Positions 8,380 through 16,308 of a stretch of DNA of 32,000 nucleotides are shown in pieces. The notes beneath the pieces were generated by a model. That model did no database searches and was not told where the DNA came from. It saw nothing but the letters and a program-made list of their open reading frames with translations. The position numbers and the translations under genes were made by a program. Positions within the stretch are counted from its first letter, which is position 1, and every line of letters starts with the position of its first letter. Origin of the DNA: an uncultured archaeon (GTDB lineage: Archaea > Iainarchaeota > Iainarchaeia > Iainarchaeales > Iainarchaeaceae); NCBI GenBank assembly GCA_964577555.1, contig CAZNZM010000002.1:93012-125011 (forward strand), read 5' to 3'.

Positions 8380-9750
8380 TTGGTTAAAATAGGTCTTGAA
8401 GTCCATGTGCAGCTTTCAACTTTGTCAAAGCTTTTTTGCCATTGTCCTGTTTCTGAAGCCGAGCCAAATTCTTTGGTTTGTGAAGTTTGTTTAGGCATGC
8501 CTGGTTCCAAGCCTGTTTTGAATAAAAAAGCGGTGGAGTATGCGATAATGCTTGCCAGTGCTTTGAATTGCAAAATTAATCGGGAATTTTTCTTTTCAAG
8601 GAAAATTTATTTTTATCCAGATCTTGCAAAAAATTATCAAATAACCCAGTATGAATCTCCAATAGGCGAGTCTGGGTTTATTGATGTTGATGGCGAGAAA
8701 ATAAGGATAAAAAGGGTTCATCTTGAAGAAGACCCTGCTTCTCTTATCCACGAGTCTAATACTGATTATTGTCTTGTGGACTACAATCGTTCAGGCGTGC
8801 CTCTTTGTGAAATTGTGACTGAGCCAGATATAAAAAGCCCGTTGCAGGCTCGTAAATTTTTGGACAAATTTCTTAATATTATTTCTTATTTAGGCATATA
8901 CGACCAATCAATCGGCGTTCTAAAAGTTGATTGCAATATTTCAATTGATGGTGGCGAGAGAGTCGAAATAAAAAACGTTACTGGTTTTAGGGCTGTTGAA
9001 GATGCTTTTGAAGCAGAGCTTCTTCGCCAAATTTCTGAAAAGAATGCTGGCAATAAAATAGAGCGGGAAACAAGGGGTTTTGATGCATCTTTGAAATCAA
9101 CTTATTCTTTGCGGAAAAAAGAAACTGAGGAGGATTATGGCTATATTTTTGATCCTGATTTGCCAAAAATTGAAATAAGCCAAGATTGGCTTGAAAAAAT
9201 CAAGGCAAGTATTCCAGAACTTCCAGAGCAAAAGGCTTTGCGTTTCATGAAACAGTATGGGCTTAAAGAATATGATGCCAAGGTTCTTGTTGGGGACAAA
9301 CTTATTTCTGAAATTTTTGAGGATTGTGCCAAAATAGATGTTAAAATAGCCACAAAAATAATTTCAAGAGAGCTTTTAGGTGTTTTGAATTATAATTCTT
9401 TGCAACTTTCTTCCACTAAAATAACTTCTTCAGGCATTGCTGGGTTAGTTAAACTTCTTTCTTTAGGAAAGGTAAGTGAAAAGAATGCTAAAGAGTCTTT
9501 AATCAAGTATGCTTTGGATGGGGTTGAACCTGAACATTATCTTTCTTCTAACAATTTGCTTATGGATTCTTCAGTTGTTGATATTTCTTCTGCCGTGAAA
9601 TCGGTTGTTGAAGAAAATAAATCGGCTTTTTCAGATTTCAAGTCTGGCAGTTCAAAGGCTTTGAATTTTTTAATAGGCGCGGTAATGAAAAAGTTGCGCG
9701 GCAAAGCCGATGCCAGAATAGTTCGAAAGGAAATTGAAAAATTTAAGTAG
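8380..9750 (+). CDS. gatB: Asp-tRNA(Asn)/Glu-tRNA(Gln) amidotransferase subunit B (TTG start)
   Basis: IGLEVHVQL, CLGMPGSKPVLNKKAVEYAI, SRKIYFYPDLAKNYQITQYE, HLEEDPA. GatB/YqeY tail at the C-terminus. Confidence 0.95.
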   Translation: MVKIGLEVHVQLSTLSKLFCHCPVSEAEPNSLVCEVCLGMPGSKPVLNKKAVEYAIMLASALNCKINREFFFSRKIYFYPDLAKNYQITQYESPIGESGFIDVDGEKIRIKRVHLEEDPASLIHESNTDYCLVDYNRSGVPLCEIVTEPDIKSPLQARKFLDKFLNIISYLGIYDQSIGVLKVDCNISIDGGERVEIKNVTGFRAVEDAFEAELLRQISEKNAGNKIERETRGFDASLKSTYSLRKKETEEDYGYIFDPDLPKIEISQDWLEKIKASIPELPEQKALRFMKQYGLKEYDAKVLVGDKLISEIFEDCAKIDVKIATKIISRELLGVLNYNSLQLSSTKITSSGIAGLVKLLSLGKVSEKNAKESLIKYALDGVEPEHYLSSNNLLMDSSVVDISSAVKSVVEENKSAFSDFKSGSSKALNFLIGAVMKKLRGKADARIVRKEIEKFK

Positions 9751-9770
9751 TTTTATTGAAGTAGTTTTTC

Positions 9771-10271
9771 TTATTCAGATTTCACCCAAATGTTAAAGAA
9801 TTCTTTTTCATATTCTTTTCCGGTTTTTTTGTCTTTTATTAAAACGAAATTTTCAAAGTTGGAAGTATTTGCGTTTTTTGTCCAATTGTATGAACCCGTA
9901 AGTACGATTTCTTCGTCAATTATTGCAAATTTATTGTGCATCACTTTGTTTTTTGGAGCAAACCTAATTTCTATGCCTGCTTTTTTCATTTCATTAAAAT
10001 CTGAATATTTTGAGTTAGATTGCAAATAATCGGCGACAATCCTTACTTTTATTCCTTTTTTAGATTTTTCTTCAAGAGCTTTTGCAAGGCTGTCGGATGT
10101 AAAAGAATACATTGCTATGTCAATTGAATTTTTTGCGGATTCTATTGCTGTTATTGTTCTTTCTTCGCACATGTCCCTCGGGCAGAAATAAGCTTGTATG
10201 TCAGTTTCTTGCGTGTTTTGGATACAACCTGTTAAAACCAATAAAAAAACAGCGAATAAATGGGTTTTCAT
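9771..10271 (-). CDS. Phospholipase D-like nuclease family lipoprotein, single HKD motif
   Basis: Signal peptide with lipobox-like LTGC, AIESAKNSIDIAMYSFTS, and HNKFAIIDEEIVLTGSYNWT (HxK...GSxN). Confidence 0.88.
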   Translation of the reverse strand: MKTHLFAVFLLVLTGCIQNTQETDIQAYFCPRDMCEERTITAIESAKNSIDIAMYSFTSDSLAKALEEKSKKGIKVRIVADYLQSNSKYSDFNEMKKAGIEIRFAPKNKVMHNKFAIIDEEIVLTGSYNWTKNANTSNFENFVLIKDKKTGKEYEKEFFNIWVKSE

Positions 10272-10519
10272 TAATTATTTTTTATTCTTATTTAGTTAAA
10301 AAACAAGCTTTTTTTTGTTTATTGTACCATAAATCATTTATAAATAAAAAACAGGAAAGTTATAGAAAAAGGAAAAAGTAAATTTCACCTCACACCTCCC
10401 TTTATTTTCTTTTTCCTTTTTTTTCTTTTTTTTTATTAAAATAAAGGAATTTAAAAGGCGTTTGTATTTTTTTATTATTGCCTTTGTTGGCTTTTTTTGA
10501 AGTCAGGGGGGTTTTTTTT

Positions 10520-10918
10520 ATGAAATTTTCTTGTGTTTTTTTGCTTTTGATTTTGTTTTCAAGTGTCGTATTTGCTGAAGGTTATTTTTGGGATTCGCTT
10601 AGACCCGTCACTGAACTCGCAAAACAATTTGAAATTCCGATAACTTATCTTTTGTTTTTAGTTTCGTTGGTTGTTTTTGTCATTTCTTTTTTTGGTTGGC
10701 GCAAATCCAAATCAACAAGGATACTTTTAATATCATTTGCTTTTTTTCTGTTTGTTTTGAAATGGTTAATAGAGATTATTGATATTTATTTTTCTCCTGG
10801 AAATTTTCTTGGCTATGCTTCCGCAAAAGTTTTTGATTTTGCCATAATGTTTTTGATTTTTATAGCCATATTTTATCGCAAGTCGTGGTCAAATTTTTTT
10901 GCAAAGGAAGAAAAATGA
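10520..10918 (+). CDS. Small membrane protein with signal peptide, unknown function
   Basis: ORF open from 10478. ATG 10520 gives a signal-like MKFSCVFLLLILFSSVVFAEG followed by about three hydrophobic helices. Precedes the wHTH gene by 9 nt. Confidence 0.6.
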   Translation: MKFSCVFLLLILFSSVVFAEGYFWDSLRPVTELAKQFEIPITYLLFLVSLVVFVISFFGWRKSKSTRILLISFAFFLFVLKWLIEIIDIYFSPGNFLGYASAKVFDFAIMFLIFIAIFYRKSWSNFFAKEEK

Positions 10919-10927
10919 GGTATTAAG

Positions 10928-11455
10928 ATGCAAGATGCTCTTGAGGAAGCGCTTCGTCTTGATGCAAGAAAGAAAATTTATGAAATAATACGTGCTAATC
11001 CTGGTTTGCATTTTAGAGAAATACAACGCAGGTCTGGTTTTGCCACTGGGGCTTTGCAGTATCATTTGGATTATTTGGTGAAAAAGCATTTGGTGAAAAC
11101 AGAGCGTGATTCAAAGTTTTTGAGGTATTTTTTAGTGAGGGAAAAATTTGATGAAACCAAATTAATGTCTTTGCTTAGGCAGGATAATGTTAGAAGCATA
11201 GTTGTTTTTCTTATGCAGAAGCGCAGCGCGGCGTTTGAAACTATTGTGAAAAATTCAGGGTTTGGCAGTTCTACTGTTTTGTTTCATTTGGAAAAGCTTG
11301 TTGAGTTTCAAATAGTGCAAAAATATGTTTCGGGAAAAAAGACTTTTTATAAAATAGTTAACAAGGACAGGGTTGCGTCTGTTTTGGTTGGTTACAAGGA
11401 AAGCTTTTTGGATGATGTTGTTGATAATTTTGTTGAAGTTTGGGAGAAATTGTAA
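10928..11455 (+). CDS. Transcriptional regulator with two winged-helix domains
   Basis: Two tandem wHTH-like segments: IYEIIRANPGLHFREIQRRSGFATGALQYHLDYLVKKHLV and IVVFLMQKRSAAFETIVKNSGFGSSTVLFHLEKLVEFQIV. Confidence 0.85.
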   Translation: MQDALEEALRLDARKKIYEIIRANPGLHFREIQRRSGFATGALQYHLDYLVKKHLVKTERDSKFLRYFLVREKFDETKLMSLLRQDNVRSIVVFLMQKRSAAFETIVKNSGFGSSTVLFHLEKLVEFQIVQKYVSGKKTFYKIVNKDRVASVLVGYKESFLDDVVDNFVEVWEKL

Positions 11456-11578
11456 CTTTAAATTTTTGTTTTTTTTTACTTTTTTAAATTTTTTTGGTGT
11501 TTTTCTTTAAACTGACTTTTTCAATTTTGCGGAATATTTTGGAGTATTGTCATTTATTGCTTGTCAATTGTTGAGTTT

Positions 11579-12349
11579 TCACTTTTGTTTTTTTTTTGAT
11601 TTTATTCTTATTTTTTTTAGAGATAAAAAAAGATTTTTTGATGTTTCTTTTACAATTTTTCTTTTGAATATGTACATGTATAATGCGCCGAATATTCCTG
11701 CAAATAAGTGCACTTCAAAATTTGTTTTTGTTTTTTTTGTTATTTCTATTCCTTGTTTTATTTGTTTTTGTTCTTTTGTTTTAGTTTCTATCTGGTTTTG
11801 AACAATTTCAATTTTTTGTTGATTGTTGTCTTTTACTGCTTGTTGTTTTTGTTGTTCTAGTTTTATTATTTCATTTTTTGTTTTTTCTTTTTGTTCTTCT
11901 ATTTTAATGCTTATTCCGCCAGAAATTAAAAATGCTATGATTGTTCCGATTATTGCTACTACTATTGTTTTTTTTGGGTTTGTGAGGAATGCTGCTGATA
12001 GAAGTGCTGCGGCTCCGCCGCTTGCACCTATAAGCGAGTTGAATGGGTTGATTATTGCAAACATTATTGCGGAAAAAGCCGCGCCGAGGAAGAATATTTT
12101 TGCTGTTTCTTTCCAACCAATAATTGTTTCAACTACAAATCCTGCTGATAAGAGCATTGCAAGGTTTGTTATTAAGTGTCCGTAGCTTGCGTGTATAAAT
12201 ATGTGGAATATTATGTTCCAAGGTTGGCCGAACCAAAACCCGTAATTTATCAAGATTTGTTGTGTTGCAAAGAAAAGCATTGTGGAAAGTGAAATATATA
12301 TTGTGGTTATTATTGCTGCGATTATTAATGTGAATTTTGGTATTTGCAT
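11579..12349 (-). CDS. Rhomboid-family intramembrane serine protease-like protein with charged coiled-coil-like insertion
   Basis: HASYGHLITN (HxxxxHxxxN), GASGG (catalytic Ser), and C-terminal HLFAGIFGALY (catalytic His). A segment of about 60 aa rich in K/E/Q lies between the last two helices. Confidence 0.8.
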   Translation of the reverse strand: MQIPKFTLIIAAIITTIYISLSTMLFFATQQILINYGFWFGQPWNIIFHIFIHASYGHLITNLAMLLSAGFVVETIIGWKETAKIFFLGAAFSAIMFAIINPFNSLIGASGGAAALLSAAFLTNPKKTIVVAIIGTIIAFLISGGISIKIEEQKEKTKNEIIKLEQQKQQAVKDNNQQKIEIVQNQIETKTKEQKQIKQGIEITKKTKTNFEVHLFAGIFGALYMYIFKRKIVKETSKNLFLSLKKIRIKSKKKQK

Positions 12350-12404
12350 ATGGTTTGATAATGTATTCTCTTGTTTATTTTATTTGTGGTGTTTTTTTTT
12401 AAAT

Positions 12405-12640
12405 TCAATTAAGACGATATTTTTTTTGTTTTTGATGTGTTTTTTTTGGCGAGCCGTTTTTTTTGAGTTTTTTTTTTGAATTATTTTTTTTGATTTTTGG
12501 TTTTTTTTAGTTGATTTTTTTGGTGAGCCGCTTTTTTGTCATTTTTCTTTTTTTTTGTTTGCAATTTTGTTTTTTTTGTTTTGTAAGCTATTTTTTTGAA
12601 TTATTTTTTGGTTTGAATTTTTTGTTGAGCTAAGTTTTTT
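12405..12640 (+). repeat. Intergenic T-tract/GCNAGCC-like repeat island 2
   Basis: Cores GCGAGCC (12449), GTGAGCC (12523), GTAAGCT (12583), TTGAGCT (12625). Shared linkers TTTTTTTGAATTATTTTTTT occur twice. Confidence 0.7.
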
Positions 12641-12643
12641 GTA

Positions 12644-12718
12644 TGGGCAAGGGCGGATTTGAACCGCCGACCGCGCGATTATCAGTCGCGTGCTCCAACC
12701 AGGCTAAGCTACTCGCCC
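12644..12718 (-). tRNA. tRNA-Ile (anticodon GAU)
   Basis: Minus strand: GGGCGAG acceptor pairs with CTTGCCC (one G-U). Anticodon arm CGCGA-CTGATAA-TCGCG, T-arm GGCGG-TTCAAAT-CCGCC, discriminator A, no encoded CCA. Confidence 0.93.
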
Positions 12719-12792
12719 AAAATTTTGTTGTCACAGAATTTGTTTTTGCTGGCAAAACCTTTTAAAAGGTGCTAAAATCATTTTATTTTGCT

Positions 12793-13371
12793 TTAGAATG
12801 AATAGAAGCTTATTCTGCATTTCGCCATTTTTGAGTAGAATTCGTGGTCTTCTTTTTTTTCTTTTGTTGAATAAAATATTTCGTCAAGCCCCAACCAAGT
12901 AGTGAACCAGCCTGCTGGTTCTATTATTACTGTAATAAATTTAAGGAATAAGTTTGTTCCTTCTATGGTACGGAGATATGCAGCTATTATCATTAGCAGG
13001 AATCCTGTTATTGTCATTGTTATGCCTTTCTTTTTTATGTTTTTTACCTCGTTGTCAAGTATTGTGTGGTGTTTTTTGAAGTGTTCATGGAGTCTTTTTT
13101 TTATAACGCTTTCAATTTCAATATTTCTGTTTGATTTCGGTATTAGGAATTTTAGTTCTAATGTTTCTCCGTTTTTTCCTATGCTTGCTTTTTTGGCTGC
13201 TATTATGAAATCATCAGAAATTGATTTTTTTGAGTAAGGTCTTGGGTCAAAATCGGAAAAAATGTATTCATAGTCGTTTATCAGTATGCTTATTTCGCTC
13301 ATTTCCAGCAATTTTTCTTTTTCTTCTTCGTTTAGGGTTTCTTTTTTTTCTTTTATGTTGTCTTTTTGCAT
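12793..13371 (-). CDS. Conserved-looking membrane protein of unknown function
   Basis: 192 aa ORF with soluble N-terminus and hydrophobic segment ITMTITGFLLMIIAAYL...FITVIIEPAGWFTTWLG. No family confidently assigned. Confidence 0.65.
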   Translation of the reverse strand: MQKDNIKEKKETLNEEEKEKLLEMSEISILINDYEYIFSDFDPRPYSKKSISDDFIIAAKKASIGKNGETLELKFLIPKSNRNIEIESVIKKRLHEHFKKHHTILDNEVKNIKKKGITMTITGFLLMIIAAYLRTIEGTNLFLKFITVIIEPAGWFTTWLGLDEIFYSTKEKKEDHEFYSKMAKCRISFYSF

Positions 13372-13517
13372 ATTAATAAAGAAAACTTTAGTGTTTTTAA
13401 TTTATGTCTATCGTGTTTTTGTGGAAATTGTGTTTTTTTAAATAATTTTTAAGTGTTTTTTTTGTGTAAATATCATTTTAAAAAGACTTTCCAAGGCAGT
13501 TATTTAATATTTTTGTT

Positions 13518-13660
13518 AGCCCCATCGTCTAGTGGCTAAGGATACAGGCCTTTGGCGCAGCATTTTTTTGGAAATATGTTGGGAAATCAATAAGTTTTGT
13601 TTGTTTGATTTTTTGCTGCGAAGTGAGCCTGGGACCCCGGTTCGAATCCGGGTGGGGCTA
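13518..13660 (+). tRNA. tRNA-Gln (anticodon UUG) containing a 70-nt intron (13556..13625) at canonical position 37/38
   Basis: Acceptor AGCCCCA/TGGGGCT, anticodon stem CAGGC/GCCTG, T-arm CCCGG-TTCGAAT-CCGGG, discriminator A. Intron junctions form a bulge-helix-bulge: CTTT/GAAG 4-bp helix with GGC and TGA 3-nt bulges, and an extended GCAGCA/TGCTGC helix. Confidence 0.93.
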
Positions 13661-13707
13661 GTTATTTTTTTAGGAGTGCGATTGTTCTTTTTTTTTAAAG
13701 TGTTTTT

Positions 13708-14394
13708 ATGTCAAAAAAAAATAATTTTAGAGGTAGGAAAAGTAGAGATGAGAGAAGATTGAGTCTTCTTCTGAGACTGAGAAAATCTAAAAAGGTTTCC
13801 GGTTTTTTTAATTCAAAGCCCTATAAAATATTTGCAAATCGTGCTTCTAAAATTTTTGAGATGCCTGAAGGAAAACTTGTTTCAAGTAATGGCCCTGTTG
13901 TTGCTCGGTTTGTTGCTGAGTTTATAAACAAGAATGGCAGGGTTAAATACAGTCCAGCCCAAGTTTTTGAAAAGCTTGGCAAAAAAATTGTTGTTAAATT
14001 ATTGCAAGTTCCTGTCAGTGATGAAGTTTTAGCTAAAAATTATGCAAGTAGAAGTGCCGAGGAAATATTATCCGATCGTCGTGTTTTTATGTCTCATGAA
14101 CGTGGTAAAATTGCTGGTTGTGTTGATTATACGCATGTAGCTATTGCATGTGCTCGCAGACTAGGTTTTAAGGCATTGTTTTATAGATCAAAAGGTCATT
14201 CTAAAGCTCTTGTTTTTATAGATGGCAAGTTTTATTTTTGGGATCCTATGATCTTGTTAAGTTATGGTCCTGAATATAATACTTTGAATGAAATAGATTT
14301 AAATGGATTTGATTTGTATGACATTTCTATTGGGGATTATAAACTTGGAAGAGATGCTTCTGATGTGGGTTTGAGTTTTCACAATTTCTTTTGA
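13708..14394 (+). CDS. Transglutaminase-like cysteine-protease-fold domain protein
   Basis: GCVDYTHVAIACARRLGFKALFYRSKGHSKALVFIDGKFYFWDP matches the Cys-His-Asp layout of transglutaminase-like domains. Confidence 0.65.
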   Translation: MSKKNNFRGRKSRDERRLSLLLRLRKSKKVSGFFNSKPYKIFANRASKIFEMPEGKLVSSNGPVVARFVAEFINKNGRVKYSPAQVFEKLGKKIVVKLLQVPVSDEVLAKNYASRSAEEILSDRRVFMSHERGKIAGCVDYTHVAIACARRLGFKALFYRSKGHSKALVFIDGKFYFWDPMILLSYGPEYNTLNEIDLNGFDLYDISIGDYKLGRDASDVGLSFHNFF

Positions 14395-14486
14395 AAGTGT
14401 AATTTTACTATTTTGTCGTTTATTGTCTTAATTTGTTTTTTGTTTTTTAAGTAGCTTTTTATTTATTGCTTGTTGTATTTTTTTTA

Positions 14487-16235
14487 ATGGTTGGTAAAGA
14501 GTTTGTTCCTGAGGAGAATGGCGGTTCTGGTTTGACTTTCAGGGCTGTGTTGATTGCTGTTTTTCTTGCTGTTTTTTTGTTGTTTGTTTCTAGTTATGTT
14601 GCTTTGAAGGTTGGAGCTTTGCCTTGGCCAATAGTGTTTAGTGCTATTGTTGCTGGTTTTCTTGTAAAAATTAGTTCTGTTTTTTTTGGAAAGGGTAATA
14701 AGCATGAATTGAATGTTGCCCAAGCTGGCGGAACTGTTGGGGGTTTGTTGGCTTCAGGTATTGTTTTTACGATTCCAGGTATTTTGTATTTGCAATCAAA
14801 GGGTTTTGTAGTTAAGTTGCCTGGTGTTTTGGAGTTGGCTGTTTTGGGTGTTTGTGCTGGTGTTTTGGGTGTTTTGCTTTCCATGCCGTTGCGCAGGGTT
14901 TTTGTTGATGAATTGGATTTGCCTTATCCTAGTGGTTCAGCTGGTGCCGAGGTTATAAAGGCTCAATCTGATATAGGTAGGAATACTTTTTTTCTTTTTT
15001 TGGCTGTTTCTTTGGCTGGTTTGTTTGTTTTGTTTCGTGATAATTTTTTTGCGAATGGTTTTTTGATAAGCGTTTATCCAAAACTTGGTTTGGAATTTTT
15101 GTTTTATCCGATGCCTTTAGCTGTTTGTGTGGGTTTTCTTTTGGGTAAAAAAGCTGGTTTTGATTCTTGGTTTTTTGGTTCTTTTTTTGGTTGGTTGGTT
15201 TTGGTTCCTGTTTTGGTGTTGCTTAATGCATTTCCTTTGTCTGAGTCTATTGGTTTGGTTCAGGGTTTAGGAATGGGTGTTGTTATAGGCAGCGGTGTTG
15301 GTTTTTTTGTTTCTTATGTTTTGCCAAGGGCTAAAAAGATTTTTTTTCCTTTACTAAAATGGGTGGGTGTTCCTTGGTATTGGAAGTTTTTGCCTTTGTT
15401 TTCTTTCGTGTCTTTTTTTGCTTTGTATTTAATCGGTGTTCCAATTGTTGTTGCTGCTATTGCTGTATTAGGTGTTTGGATGATGGTTTCTGTTGCTGCA
15501 ATGATGACTGGCGAAACGGATATTGATCCTTTGGAGCAATTCGGGTTGATTGTTGGTTTGGTTGTAATTGGTTTTTTTTCTGTTTTTGGTTTGAATATTG
15601 ATTATTATTCTGTTTTTCTTGTTGTTTGTTTTGTGTCTATTGCAAGTGCTATTGCTGGTGATATTGGGCATGATTATAAATCTGCAAAAATTATTGGCAC
15701 CAAGCCAAAGGACATATTGATTGTTGATTTGATTGTGGTTGTTGTTGTTGGTTTGCTTGCACCTTTTGTTTTTCAAGGAATATTGGACATTTATTCTGGT
15801 GAATTTTTTACTTCTTCAATGCCTGCTCCTCAAGCTCAAATAGTTGCTTCTGCTATTTCAGGTTTTCAGAATTTTTTTGTTTTTCTTTTTGGTTTTCTTG
15901 TTGCGTTTATTTGGGTTGTTTTTGAAAACATTTTTAATAAAAAAACTCCTGTGTTGCCATTGGTTTTTGGCATCGGGCTTTTTTTAGGTCCTACTTTGGG
16001 TGTTTTGCTTGGTGTTGGGGGGCTTTTGAGGGATTTTGTCGAGAAAAAATTTGGTTATTTGGTGGGTGTTGGCGTAATAGTTTCTGCTGGTGTAATGGGT
16101 GGTGAAACTCTTTCAGGTATTGTATCTAAAGTAATGCTAATTAGTGGTTTTGGTGTTTATTCTTTTCCTTTGCTTTTGGTGCTTTTTGTTCTTTTTTTTG
16201 TTTTTTCGTTGAATTTGCGCAATAAAATTATTTGA
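14487..16235 (+). CDS. OPT family (oligopeptide/metal) transporter
   Basis: Very hydrophobic protein of about 580 aa with LTFRAVLIAVFLAVFL...SYVALKVG, PYPSGSAGAEVIKA, and GVLLGVGGLLRDFVEKK...GVIVSAGVMGGETLSG, typical of prokaryotic OPT transporters. ORF opens at 14466; ATG 14487 preferred. Confidence 0.88.
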   Translation: MVGKEFVPEENGGSGLTFRAVLIAVFLAVFLLFVSSYVALKVGALPWPIVFSAIVAGFLVKISSVFFGKGNKHELNVAQAGGTVGGLLASGIVFTIPGILYLQSKGFVVKLPGVLELAVLGVCAGVLGVLLSMPLRRVFVDELDLPYPSGSAGAEVIKAQSDIGRNTFFLFLAVSLAGLFVLFRDNFFANGFLISVYPKLGLEFLFYPMPLAVCVGFLLGKKAGFDSWFFGSFFGWLVLVPVLVLLNAFPLSESIGLVQGLGMGVVIGSGVGFFVSYVLPRAKKIFFPLLKWVGVPWYWKFLPLFSFVSFFALYLIGVPIVVAAIAVLGVWMMVSVAAMMTGETDIDPLEQFGLIVGLVVIGFFSVFGLNIDYYSVFLVVCFVSIASAIAGDIGHDYKSAKIIGTKPKDILIVDLIVVVVVGLLAPFVFQGILDIYSGEFFTSSMPAPQAQIVASAISGFQNFFVFLFGFLVAFIWVVFENIFNKKTPVLPLVFGIGLFLGPTLGVLLGVGGLLRDFVEKKFGYLVGVGVIVSAGVMGGETLSGIVSKVMLISGFGVYSFPLLLVLFVLFFVFSLNLRNKII

Positions 16236-16308
16236 TATTTTTTGGTAAATTTGGTATTTTAAGTTGCAAGTCTTGACCAAGATTTGTTTTTTTTAGTATT
16301 TGTTTTTT

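Noticed and set aside
13532-13762. 76-aa ORF overlapping tRNA-Gln
   Set aside because: Runs through the tRNA gene and intron; not a protein-coding signal.
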